From the NCBI RefSeq assembly GCF_006345805.1, contig NC_042997.1, positions 131,812,001 to 131,876,000 of the forward strand: a DNA stretch of 64,000 nucleotides, in the 5' to 3' direction. A program made the position numbers and the translations under genes. Source of the DNA: Octopus sinensis (lineage: Eukaryota). Positions 1 through 10,592 of the stretch are shown one piece after another (within the stretch, counting starts at the first letter, position 1; each line of letters begins with the position of its first letter). The notes below the pieces were generated by a model that saw only the letters and a program-made list of their open reading frames with translations, had not been told where the DNA came from and searched no databases.

Positions 1-284
1 GTGGTTAAAGCAGCGGACTCGTCGAGGGATTGTGGGTTCGAATCTCAGACCGGGCAAAGTGTGTGTTTATGAGCAAAACACCTATGCTCCACGCGGCTCC
101 GGCAGAAGGTAATGGCAAACTTCTGCTGACTCTTTCGCCACAGCTTTCTCTCACTCTTTCCTCCTGCATCTTGCAGCTCACCTGCGACGGACCAGCGTCC
201 CGTCCAGGTGGGGAACCTATACGCCAAGGAAGCCAAGAAACCGACCCTTATGAGCCACTCATGGCTTGAGAAAGAACAAACAAC
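1..284 (+). mobile_element. tRNA-derived SINE (family D), head truncated by window edge
   Basis: A-box-like gtggttaaagc, B-box ggttcgaatc, body with cctgcgacggaccagcgtcccgtccagg, and an (AAC)-type tail. Confidence 0.75.
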
Positions 285-564
285 TATTCCTCCTGAAGGA
301 TAAAACAACAACTTAATAAAACAATGTGAGTGCTATTATAGTAGAGGTTGGATTTTGATGAACTGAGTTTAAATCTCGGTTTTGATTCTCAATCAATTAT
401 TATTTCACTTTACATCTGTGGCTAATGCCATTGAAAAAGGCATGAGCATTATTTTGTCAATATTTATAAATTTAAGATCTTTTATGTATGTAAGCAATCA
501 TTACATTTTGTAAAATCCCATCATGACTTCTTAAACGAGAGAAGGACATTATATGAGGAATTAC

Positions 565-845
565 AACAGTGTTTCGTGGTCTGCTATCACAACAGCTCCT
601 TTATAGGATCCAGTTAGCTCAAGACATCATCAGGAGAAACGACGTCCGGTTTCGGCCCCTACTCCTCTACCGTTTTGACGTGGCGGGGCTCCCCCTTTCG
701 GAGGTGTCTTCAGCTCTGGTGTTGTGTGCATGTCTTCTTTCTTCTGTTCCCTGGCCTCTTCGATGTAGTTCTGTATAGCCTTAGAAGATGGGATGGCCAT
801 GGATGGATTGCCTTTGATAATAGCTGCACTCAGTAAGTGCTGACT
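565..845 (-). mobile_element. Possible Penelope-like element 3' relic
   Basis: Minus-strand stop-free frame ...LLSAAIIKGNPSM...GAETGRRFS* overlapping two CTGANGA...CGAAAC motif pairs. Tentative. Confidence 0.35.
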
Positions 846-902
846 GAGGACTAAACAAATAAAGTAACATTGCTGTGTTGCAAGTTGATATTCTTATTAT
901 TG

Positions 903-1220
903 TGAAGGTGCATGTCTTAGTGGTTAGAGGTGTTCGGATCACAATTATAAGGTTGTGAGTTCAATACGGCATGTTATGTTCTTGAGCAAGATTCTTTATT
1001 TCATATTGCACCAGTCCAATCACCTGGCAAAAATAAGTTGTACCTGTAATTAAAAAGACGAACCTTGTCACATTCTGCATCATGCTGATTTCCCTGAGAA
1101 CTACATTGAGAGTATGTGTGTCTGTGGAGTTCTCAGTCACTGGCGTGTTAATTTCACAAGCAGGCTGTTCCATTGATCAGATCAACTGGAACCTTCAATG
1201 TCATAATCAACAGAGTGTCA
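903..1220 (+). mobile_element. Degraded CORE-type tRNA SINE (family E)
   Basis: Head ggtgcatgtcttagtggttag...gagttcaat followed by CORE-like ttcttgagcaagattctttatttca. A diverged reverse copy of the body lies near 49400-49545. Confidence 0.6.
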
Positions 1221-1544
1221 ATGTTTTCTTGTTATTGAGTTGACATATGACACATAGGTACTTGGATAAACAAGGTGACAAGACCCATAGGTTGTTGTCC
1301 TAGATATATATTATATTTTTTTAACATGCTTCCATACATCAAACTTAAATGATTTAACCAGCATCTGAGCTGTGACCATTCCATCTTCTTCTTAAAGATA
1401 TTATATTCAGGACTGATCTATCAAGTATATTCATATGTTTTTGTTTTTTTTATAAATACCTTGTGAGTGGAATGAATGAATTTGTTTTAAATATTTGTAA
1501 AATTTCTAGATGCTCATGCTTAATTTTTTACACCTATTTTACAG

Positions 1545-1734
1545 TGTCAGTTGCATCAACTGTAACATCTGTGATGCCAAACAACCAAATTTGTCATACA
1601 GAAGTCGTGGAAGTCATTCTATATCATGACCATCGAGGTCCAGGCATAACTCTCAGTGGTGGCATCTTCTCTACCACTGTACTAACTGAGCCACCTGTCA
1701 TTTCCTATGTGGAACCTGGTAGTGCTGCTGACAG
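1545..1734 (+). CDS. GRIP1: GRIP-like exon (N-terminal part of PDZ4)
   Basis: Acceptor ttttacag at 1544, donor gtaaca at 1735. Encodes xSVASTVTSVMPNNQICHTEVVEVILYHDHRGPGITLSGGIFSTTVLTEPPVISYVEPGSAAD(R), which resembles vertebrate GRIP1 LASSTVG...VVHTETTEVVL...[33 protein letters not shown]. Phase 1 in, phase 2 out. Confidence 0.93.
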
Positions 1735-1939
1735 GTAACAGTCTTTTCTTTTTTTTCACTGCATTTTGGTTTCAATTAACTCTAAAGCAGATTGCATATC
1801 TGCTATACAAATGTAAACACACACACAAACAAAGAGAGGGAGAGAGATAATACTAATGTTTGGGCACTTTGGGCATTTTGAAGCATGGGTGAATTGCACA
1901 GTTGCCCAGGAGTCCCTGAAGCCTAGGAATCTAAATATA

Positions 1940-2340
1940 ATTCATGGATAGTGATTCGATGATTTCCCCTAACAGCTGCATGCACATCTATGATGTTTTC
2001 CTCAGTTCCACTGGTTGTGGGTCTCCCAGAATGTTCATCAGTATTGACATTTTTTCAGCCATCTTTGAAATGTCTGAACCATTCATACACTTGTGTGTGG
2101 CTCATACACTCCTCTCCATACACTTTCTACAACTTTGCATAGGCCTCTGAGCAGGTATCACCATGACAACTTTCTCTGTCATGGTCAATGCAATGATTAC
2201 ATGCTACACACCTTCCTTCGAAACACTGTTGTAAATAGTGGAAGTGAGCTAGAACATTAAAATTTAATGTGCATGCACAGCAGAGGTCAAGGTTGATCTG
2301 TGCCAAGTGGATTCACTCTGCGTGCTTTAGCTTCATTACT
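1940..2340 (-). pseudogene. Mariner transposase N-terminal relic
   Basis: Minus strand reads ...KVYGEECMSHTQVYEWFRHFKDG*KNVNTDEHSGRPTTSGTEENI...RITIHEL, the mariner HTH region, with stops. Confidence 0.8.
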
Positions 2341-2425
2341 ATGGCAACAGTCCAGATACTTATAGATTAGACCTTTCCATTAAATCTGCCTAAATGCATA
2401 AATACCAGAACTTATTTTGACAGCC

Positions 2426-2476
2426 AGCTTCCTGAAGATTTCATCTGAATGAAACAGTTCTAGTCCTGTAGAAGCT
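2426..2476 (+). ncRNA. Type-I hammerhead ribozyme fold (sense strand of GRIP intron)
   Basis: Helix I agcttc/gaagct (6 bp), core CUGAAGA, short helix II, GAAA, helix III ACAG/CUGU, GUA cleavage triplet at 2468-2470. Confidence 0.75.
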
Positions 2477-2578
2477 CCTTCTATAAAATAAATTACTTTA
2501 CTCTGCTATGTATTGAGTACCTTATTTACTGTGGTTAACCCCGACTCAACCCGGGACCTACATATATATATATATATA

Positions 2579-3088
2579 TCATCATCATTATCATCATCAT
2601 TTAGCGTCCGCTTTCCATGCTAGCATGGGTTGGACGGTTCAACTGGGGTCTGTGAAGCCAGAAGGCTGCATCAGGCCCAGTCTGATCTGGCAGTGTTTCT
2701 ACGGCTGGATGCCCTTCCTAACGCCAACCACTCCGTGAGTGTAGTGGGTGCTTTTTACGTGCCACCCGCTCAGGTGCCAGACGGAGCTGGCAAATGGCCA
2801 CGAACGGATGGTGCTTTTACGTGCCACCGGCACTGGTAACTCAGCTGCAATTTCCATTGATCGATTTCGATTCTGATCCTCACTTGCCTCAACAGGTCTT
2901 CACAAGTAGAGTTTTGTGTCCTAAGAAGGGAAGGTAAGCATACGTAGGCTGGCTCCATCCCATGTAGAAGGCCACGGCTTATGGTTTCACTTGTCCTGCC
3001 GGGTCTTCTCGCGCACAGCATACTTCCAGAGGTCTCAGTCTTTAGTCATTTCCTCAGCGAGACCTAAAGTTCAAAGGTCGTGCTTCAC
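2579..3088 (-). mobile_element. 5'-truncated RTE-clade LINE (ORF2 end, long 3' UTR, (GAT)n tail)
   Basis: Minus strand VKHDL*TLGLAEEMTKD*DLWKYAVREKTRQDK*, then a UTR with ggttggcgttaggaagggcatcc and a (cat)n tail at 2579-2600. Confidence 0.8.
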
Positions 3089-4356
3089 CATATATATATA
3101 TATGTGTGTGTGTATGTGCATACACATTGATGCATTACATTCATGTATAATTTTGTATTCTGAAATTAATACTAGATGAAGAAAGTTAGGAAATGGCAGT
3201 AATCATATGGAAGTCATATGGAAAAAACAATCTATCTTCTCCTTTCACACCTGCTTTATGCTTTGTCTGTCTGTATACATGTATATACATGTGTATGTGT
3301 GTCTGTATACATTTATATACATGTGTATGTGTACACATAAACACGCACAAATGCAATTTTCTCTCTTTCCTCATACATTTGATAAAAGTATAGATTTATT
3401 CTATATTTTTGAATGTTTTATTTTCAATTTCATGTATTTCTTATATTTTGGGCTTTTTTTTTTTTACATATTGAGAGAATGTATAGAAATATTGTCCTCA
3501 TGACTTGTTATATCCTCATGATATTCAGGTTTAGAAGTTGTAGAGTGTATGGGTTGCGTTTTCATGTTCGAGTGATGCTGTTTATCCTGAAGTCATCTCT
3601 GATTAAGTAGATCTGTTTATAAACCTTCCAACCATGCACATACCACCTTTTGTTCAACCATTGTGTAAGATCTTGTTCACTACAGTTCTTTTTTTAAAAA
3701 AAAAAAAAATTGAGAGATATATGATTACTATTTCTAACAACCATGTAGAGGGTCCTTTGTTCGATTCATATTGTGTTTGTTTTTAATAAGTTTTTTATAT
3801 TTATGATGACGGCAACCTTATTTTTAGATTTTATTTCAGATCTTAAAGCACTCCTGAGGATAAAATTCACCTTTATATATTTTGTTATTATGTATTTAGT
3901 AATATCTAATTTAGACAAGTCAGTTGCTAAAGACAGTTTTGTATTCTGGCATAAAATGAAGAAAGACAAACTGTTTTTACCTTACAATACCTCACTAAGT
4001 TAAAGGAAAGGCTGGAAGGTAATTTAAAGATGTTATTGCCAGAAATAAAAAGCAAGTTAATTAAAAATATAAAAGTGGTCTGTCATTTCATGAGTGTGCT
4101 AATAATAAATCTTATATTTTTACCGTAAATATAATTACACCTTGTTTTCAATTCTCAAAGAGAAACAGGGTATATTTTACTTGAGAGTCTTAAAACAGAA
4201 GATACACACATCATCATCATCATTTAATTGCCATATTCCATGCTGGCATGAGTTGGACAGTTTTACAGGAGTTAATGAGGTCCTGTCAAACCATCCAACT
4301 TATACCAGCTTTGATCATGGACCTCCAAAGCTATTGGAAAAGTTACTGGGGCTTCT

Positions 4357-4801
4357 TTGAAATCTTCAAAGCCACAGTCGAACCAATTCTACTATATGGC
4401 TCAGAAACCTGGACGTTATCAAAGAAGTTTGAGAGGCGGTTGGATGGAACCTACACTCGCCTCCTTATGAGAGCTCAAAATCTCTCGTGGAAGCGCCATC
4501 CAACCAAAATGCAAATATATGGGAAACTACCACCTGTGGCATCTCTTGTGAAAGGTAAGAGAGTCCAGTTTGCTGGACATTGTTGTAGAGCTGAAAAAGA
4601 GGTAATTTCTACTCTTCTCCTCTGGAAGCCATCTACCTGCAATACCAGAGGGCGCACACTCTCCTACCCTGATGTAATCTCCAGGGATACAGGCATCCAG
4701 CAACAGGACCTCCGTAATGCCATGATGGACCGTGAAGTCTGGCGTAGCATGGTAAATTCCATTGTCTCGACCACGGTCGAACAATGATGATGATGATGAT
4801 G
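4357..4801 (+). mobile_element. 5'-truncated RTE-clade LINE with uninterrupted ORF2 C-terminus
   Basis: IFKATVEPILLYGSETWTLSKKFERRLDG...QFAGHCCR...MMDREVWRSMV...* (part of ORF 4248..4787), immediately followed by a (GAT)n tail. Confidence 0.9.
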
Positions 4802-5771
4802 TCAGTCAATGTTTACCATGCATTTGCACATATACATGCTAGGCTGGGGAAGATATTTTGAAGAAGACTAGTTGTTGCTGCCTATGCATGCAAGTCTCTC
4901 CTTTCTATACCACTGACTTGAGCCAAAACAGCCTGGCACCAGTTTTGTCACAGATGTTGCACTCAAAACACAAAGAGACTGGACAGATACTACAAGGGTT
5001 CTTGCTTGACCCTCTAACTGTTCACCAATCCACTACTCTAGATTTGGGCGTTTTTTTTTGTTTTTGTTATCAATGGCAAAAGGATGAAAGGTAAAGTTGA
5101 TCACTGTGGGATTTGAACTCAGAAGGCTGAGATTCAGAACATATACCACAAGGCATTCTATCCAATAATCTAATAATTCTGACACTGCCAAGAGAAGATA
5201 TCTTTATGACTTAGCTGTTGTTATTCAGATTTAAATTACATCTTTGATTATCACTTTCCTTTTAGTTTATAAATCTCATTAGCTAATTAGCTGGTATCAA
5301 TCAAAATATAAGACAAAATGATAATGAAAGCTGCTGCTGCATTATTATGGTCATATCAATGATTTAAAGTGTGCATATGTTTAGTTGCATCCATTACATT
5401 CTGGGTTCAAGTCTTAGTGAAGTCAACTTTGTCTTTTATTCTTTCACACTGAAATAAATGCCAGTAGTGTATACAGATAAATGCAACTGACTGTATCCAT
5501 GATTCTAAATTTGAGGGCAACCTTGTTCCTATGTTAGCAATCTTTATCATTTATTAAGTTTCAAAGTCTTTCATCATTCATTAACAACCTGATCGTTGGT
5601 AACTGTTCCTGTTATTTTTTAAAAGAGAACATTAACCCTTTTGATAACCTACTTACTCGCTATCATACAAACTTTCTGTTAATATTTTTAAATGATCTAA
5701 CAAAAGAGTTTTTTTTATGATATATATATATATATAAAAAGGGGTTTGTATGATTGTGTATAGAGGGATAC

Positions 5772-6440
5772 ATATTATTCAAGGAAATTCCAACTCTGTC
5801 TGCTTTTTATGTTTTATTTATATTCTTTATAATATTGATGTAGAATATAGAATATATAGTATAAATAATATATATATATCGTAAAATGAAATGAAGTATT
5901 GATTGTCTTATTGAATAGATGAAATATTGAATATAAAATATTAACCCTTTCGTTACCAACCCAGCTGAAACCGGCTCTGGCTTTTTAGTGTAACTGTCTT
6001 GTTTTCATAAGTTTTGAATTCAAATCTTCCACCAAATTTTAGTCACAATTTATGTTCCTAACACTAGCTTAATGATAACGATGTTATTTTACTAAATTCT
6101 TTGTTATATTTAAAATAATTGGAAGAAACACAGAGCATCTCAAAATAAATACAGTAACAAAAGAGTTAAGAGACTAGTATACTTTCTTGCATTATAGCAA
6201 GACAGTTGAAACTCTCCTGTCACAACCTGGGACCTTGAAGACTGCTATAATGCAAGAAAGTATACTAGTCCCTTAATATTTTATATTCAATATTTCATCT
6301 ATTCAATAATGCAATCAATACTTCATTTCATTTTACTATAGATATATTTTATTTATACTTTATATTCTATATTCTACATTAATATTATAAAGAATACAAA
6401 TAAAACATAAAAACAGAGTTAGAATTTCTTTGAATAATAT
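5772..6440. repeat. Long AT-rich foldback element (about 200-bp arms) with nested MITE
   Basis: Left arm 5772-5944 plus 6170-6199 is the reverse complement of 6243-6440 (for example ttattgaatagatgaaatattgaatataaaatattaa). Loop about 43 nt. Confidence 0.85.
5941..6169 (+). mobile_element. piggyBac-type MITE (about 221 bp)
   Basis: TTAA-CCCTTTCGTTACC ... GTAACAAAAGAG-TTAA. The TTAA target is duplicated. Confidence 0.8.
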
Positions 6441-6451
6441 ATATATATATA

Positions 6452-6950
6452 TATTCTATTAAATCCATATATTGTGAATTGAATTTATATATATATTTAT
6501 AGGAAGTTAATTATATGGCTGGTCATAGAAGGACCAATGATTTTGCATCAATAAAGTGCTGAGCTTTACAGACATCTCATCAGATTCCAGTGGCTGTTGG
6601 TATATAACCTCTTTTCAAAATTAAGATAGAAAAGTGTTACAGTCAGTTAATTTTGTAAATAAAAATATATATTGTCCAATCGTTAGGTGGAATAGGTTAT
6701 CATTTTTAGATCGGTTCCAATCAGCAAATTTTTTATTGCTCTGGTGGTGCTAAACAGAGTGACAAGTTAAATTTATGACCCAAGTAGGCTATGGCAAGAT
6801 TTGATTTCTGAACACAAAGAACCAGAACAGCTGTATGTATCTGCGTGTGTGTATGTTAAATGGTGCATATATATTTTAGGAATATATATATATATATTCC
6901 TAAAAATATATATATAAATTCAATTCACAATATATGGATTTAATAGAATA
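6452..6950. mobile_element. (TA)n-flanked element with 53-bp terminal inverted repeats
   Basis: 6452-6504 is the reverse complement of 6898-6950 with one mismatch. Both ends run into TA repeats. Confidence 0.6.
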
Positions 6951-7461
6951 TATATATATGCGCATGCATGTATGTGCATATGCACCAGTTAACCCTTTAA
7001 CATTGAAACCAACCATATCCTGCCCAAATATTCTACCTATTTTCTGTTGAAATCAGCCCTGTGTCTAAGAAACTATCTGCATTTAAACCCATCCAAGGTT
7101 AGCTTTGCCTTTTCTGTCTTCACAAATGATATAAAAACCAATCCAGAGTTCCAATCACATATTGCTGAATCTATTTGAGGATTTGACAAAATGCTTTTCA
7201 GTATCTGTTCTGGCTTTGCATTCTGACAGTAATTTCTGCCACAACACAAGCACCAGGCTGTATCAACTCATGTCAACAGCTTTTCTCTTTGATAAACAGT
7301 GGAGGAATGGAGAAGAGAGACTTGCATGCATGGGCAACTAACTATCTTTCTAAAAACACATCTTACCCTCGCCTACTCATACATGCATAGATGAATGCTC
7401 AATTTCAAACTTTACCATCATACAACTACATTAGTTCCAATACAAGATCATAGACCAAACC

Positions 7462-7677
7462 TCTTATTTCTTTATTGCTCACAAGGGGATAAACAAAGAC
7501 AGACAAGGATTAAGTCAATTACATCGACCCAGTAGGCAACTGGTACTGATTTATCAACCCCAAAAAGATGAAAGGCAAAGTCAACCTTGGTGGAATTTGA
7601 ACTCATAACATAACAGCAGATGAAATACCGCTAAGCATTTCGCCTGGCGTGCTAACATTTCTACCAGCTCGCTGCCT
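7462..7677 (-). mobile_element. tRNA-derived SINE family B
   Basis: Reverse copy of ggcgagctggcagaa...gagttcaaattcc...gtcgactttgcctttcatcc...taagtaccagt. Ends 70 bp upstream of the exon at 7748. Confidence 0.85.
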
Positions 7678-7747
7678 CTTGCTAAACAGTTAAGGACAGC
7701 CAAATTTAGTCAACTTCTAAATTAGTCTATTTTTATTTTTTATCCAG

Positions 7748-7887
7748 GAGTGGCGTTATTCAAGAAGGTGATCGGATTATATCCATTAATGGTCAAGAAC
7801 TTGTGGATAAAACATTCGATGAAGCTAATACATTGTTAAAAGAGTCTGGAACGCGGTGTTTATTGGAAATAGAGTTTGATGTCACGG
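7748..7887 (+). CDS. GRIP1: GRIP-like exon (C-terminal part of PDZ4)
   Basis: Acceptor tatccag, donor gtttgt. 140 nt, (R)SGVIQEGDRIISINGQELVDKTFDEANTLLKESGTRCLLEIEFDVT(E). Matches GRIP CGVLQIGDRVMAING...TFEEANQLL...LEIEFDV. Not in the ORF track because it has no start codon. Confidence 0.95.
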
Positions 7888-9509
7888 GTTTGTTTTCCAT
7901 TTCATTTTGTTGAAATTATTCTTTTCTGTTTTTTCCTTTTGCCTTTCTTTTGTTGTGGATGTGGAATTTTTTGTGATTGAAACTAAGTTGAATTCATATA
8001 TTTATCACATTTTATTTTAGCTGATTTAGTCTTTTGCTACTTTGAGTTTTGCCAATAGATGCCCAGGTGGTACCTTACTTGAAGCTCCTGTACACCTACA
8101 AGTAAAACCAGAATATATATACAGAGCAAATAATTCACGAAGATATCATTGACTCTATTATTATCTAGTGTAAATTTAAAAATTTTTAAATGATAATGAC
8201 ATAATCAATAATATAGGCAATTGCAGGCCCAAAAATAAAAAGCATTAAATAGTGGAAGGATTAAAATTAATCAAAGGACTTTCTAAGTATGTCTACCTAT
8301 TGGAAATAAGTCAAAACTCTTCTTTTTGCAATTTAAATAAGAGTTTTGACTCTTATTTCCAGCAGGTAGACATGCTTAGTATGTCCTTTGATTAATTATA
8401 TATGTATATATATTATCCAAAGCATACAATATTATATCCATTACAGCTGTTCTTTATATATATAAACCATAAAAGGTCTGGAGGTTTCGGTAGTGAATAT
8501 ATTTATTATTTAACCACTGTTTCGAAGCTGTCATCATGTAATACTAATTTTAGTATGTAATGAATTACATTTACATGTCTGCAGTTATGCATAATGCAAT
8601 TGCATATTTACAAATCAGTGCAGATGAAGAAAGCCCATCAGGTCACCAGAACATCATGGTTGTAGCAATGCTTCAACTCTGACTTTTTATGATTTATATA
8701 CTCCTCAGGAAATTATCTCACGAATTGGACCTCTTGAATTTCAACAGCATAGAATTCTGCATTATACTCCTCCATACTGGATTACTATGTGGTCTGATAG
8801 CTGAGTCCAGTAGAGAAGCTTCCTGTGTTATACACATGATTCTATGAATCCATATGTTTCTCTACAAATATATGTATGTGTATGTGTGAAATCACACATG
8901 ATTGCAACATGTAGCTGCTCTTCAATCTGCTTCAAACTTTTTGCTATAATATCAATTCAGAGAATTTTCTGTACTTCTGTTATCACTCATGCATGTACAT
9001 GGGTACATGCATGCAAACACACACACACACACACACTCACTCACTCTCACACACGCTCTCTCTCTCTCTCTGCTGCCAGTTCTACTTATTTCCTGGTAAT
9101 CACCAACAGCTTCCCAACTTCATTTAGTGATAACTTTTCTCTCTTCACTATCATTTAAGTTTTAAGTCCTCTCTCTATCTTTTCCTTTTCCCTTCCTCGA
9201 TGATAACCGGGTTTATAATGAGATTCTGATAACCTGTTAACCAGTCACCAAAATAACCTATTTCCTACAAATGTGGATTAAAACTCTTTCCTTCCTTTTA
9301 ATCAGGATTACTGTTATCTGTTGAAGAATCTTTCTTTAAACATGGGTTAAGGTTTACTAACTGAATCTCAACGTTCTCACTGAGAATTTTTATCTCTCAG
9401 TACTTTTTAAGAACTGGTTATGCTCTGAATTCTATATATCAGCAACAGAAGAGAGGAATACTTTCAGAAATAGGTCAAAGAGTTTGTCTAGTTTATTTAA
9501 TAGGCACCA

Positions 9510-9812
9510 TCATGGCTTCATGGTTAAAAAGCTGGCTTTGCAACCACGATGTACCTTTGGTAAGTGTCTTCTGCTATAGCCTCAGGCCGACCAAAGGCTT
9601 CTGAGTGGATTTGCTTGATGGAAACTAAAAGAAGCCCAGCATATGTGTATAAATATATGTGTGTTTGTCCCCCCCCCCACAGTTTGATAACTGTGTTGGT
9701 GTGTTTACGTCTTCTGTAACCTAGCTGTTTGGCAAAAGAGATTGATAAAATAAGTACCAGGCTTTAAAAAAAATAAATCCTGGGGTTGATTTGTTCAACT
9801 AAAAGCCCTTCA
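9510..9812 (+). mobile_element. Degraded SINE family A (CORE-like)
   Basis: Contains aagtgtcttctgctatagcc...gagtggattt...gatggaaact and the 3' module gataaaataagtaccaggc. Confidence 0.7.
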
Positions 9813-9819
9813 AAATTTA

Positions 9820-10176
9820 CTTTTTACTTGTTTGGGTCATTATACTGTGGCCATGCTGGGGTTTCACCTTGAACAATTTGAGTCGAATGAATTGACCATA
9901 GTACTTATTTTATTTTCAAGCCTGTCTCTATCTATCTCTATTCTATCGGTCTCTTTTGCCAAACTGCTCAGTTATGAGAACATAAACACATCAGCAAGCA
10001 GTGGGCAGGGCAGACACAGACACAAAAAGACACACACACACACAACTGTCTTCTTTCAATTTCTGTCTACCAAATCCACTCACAAGGCTTTGGTCAGCTT
10101 GATGCTATTGTAGAAAACACCTGCCCAAGATGTCACATCATGGGACTGAGAAACATGTGCATGAGAAACAAGCTCC
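9820..10176 (-). mobile_element. Degraded SINE family A, inverted
   Basis: Contains attctatcggtctcttttgccaaac and ctaccaaatccactcacaaggctttgg. Tail-to-tail with the previous copy. Confidence 0.7.
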
Positions 10177-10592
10177 TTATTTCTTTATTGCTCACAAGGG
10201 GCTAAACATAGAGGGGACAAACAAGGACAGACAAAGAGATTAAATAGATTACATTGACCCCAGTGTGTAACTGGTATTTAATTTATCAACCCCAAAAGGA
10301 TGAAAGGCAAAGTCAACCTTGGCGGAATTTGAAGTTAGAATGTAACGGCAGACGAAATACCTATTTCTTTACTACCCACAAGGGGCTAAACATAGAGGGG
10401 ACAAACAAGGACAGATAAACGGATTAAACCGATTATATCGACCCCAGTGCGTAACTGGTACTTAATTTATAAACCCCAAAAACAAGGAAAGGCAAAGTCG
10501 ACCTTGGCAGAATTTGAACTCAGAACATAGCGGCAGACAAAATACCGCTAAGCATTTTGCCCGGCGTGCTAACGATTCTACCAGCTCACCGC
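10177..10592 (-). mobile_element. Tandem dimer of SINE family B
   Basis: Two consecutive copies joined at gacgaaatacc|tatttctttactacccacaagg near 10360. Confidence 0.85.

Noticed and set aside
1-60. tRNA-like sequences (also at 903, 15451, 17245, 18676, 63173 and elsewhere)
   Set aside because: A/B boxes are present, but there is no complete cloverleaf and each continues into a SINE body. They are SINE heads, not tRNA genes.
4248-4356. N-terminal 36 aa of ORF 4248..4787 as part of the LINE protein
   Set aside because: This part reads through an unrelated inverted repeat fragment. RTE homology begins only at about IFKATVEP (4357 onward).
6196-6250. GAAAC...GTC...TTGAAGA in the loop of the first foldback as a type-II hammerhead
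   Set aside because: It needs C3U, two unpaired extra bases at helix II, a 2-bp helix III and an unpaired helix I. That is too many defects.
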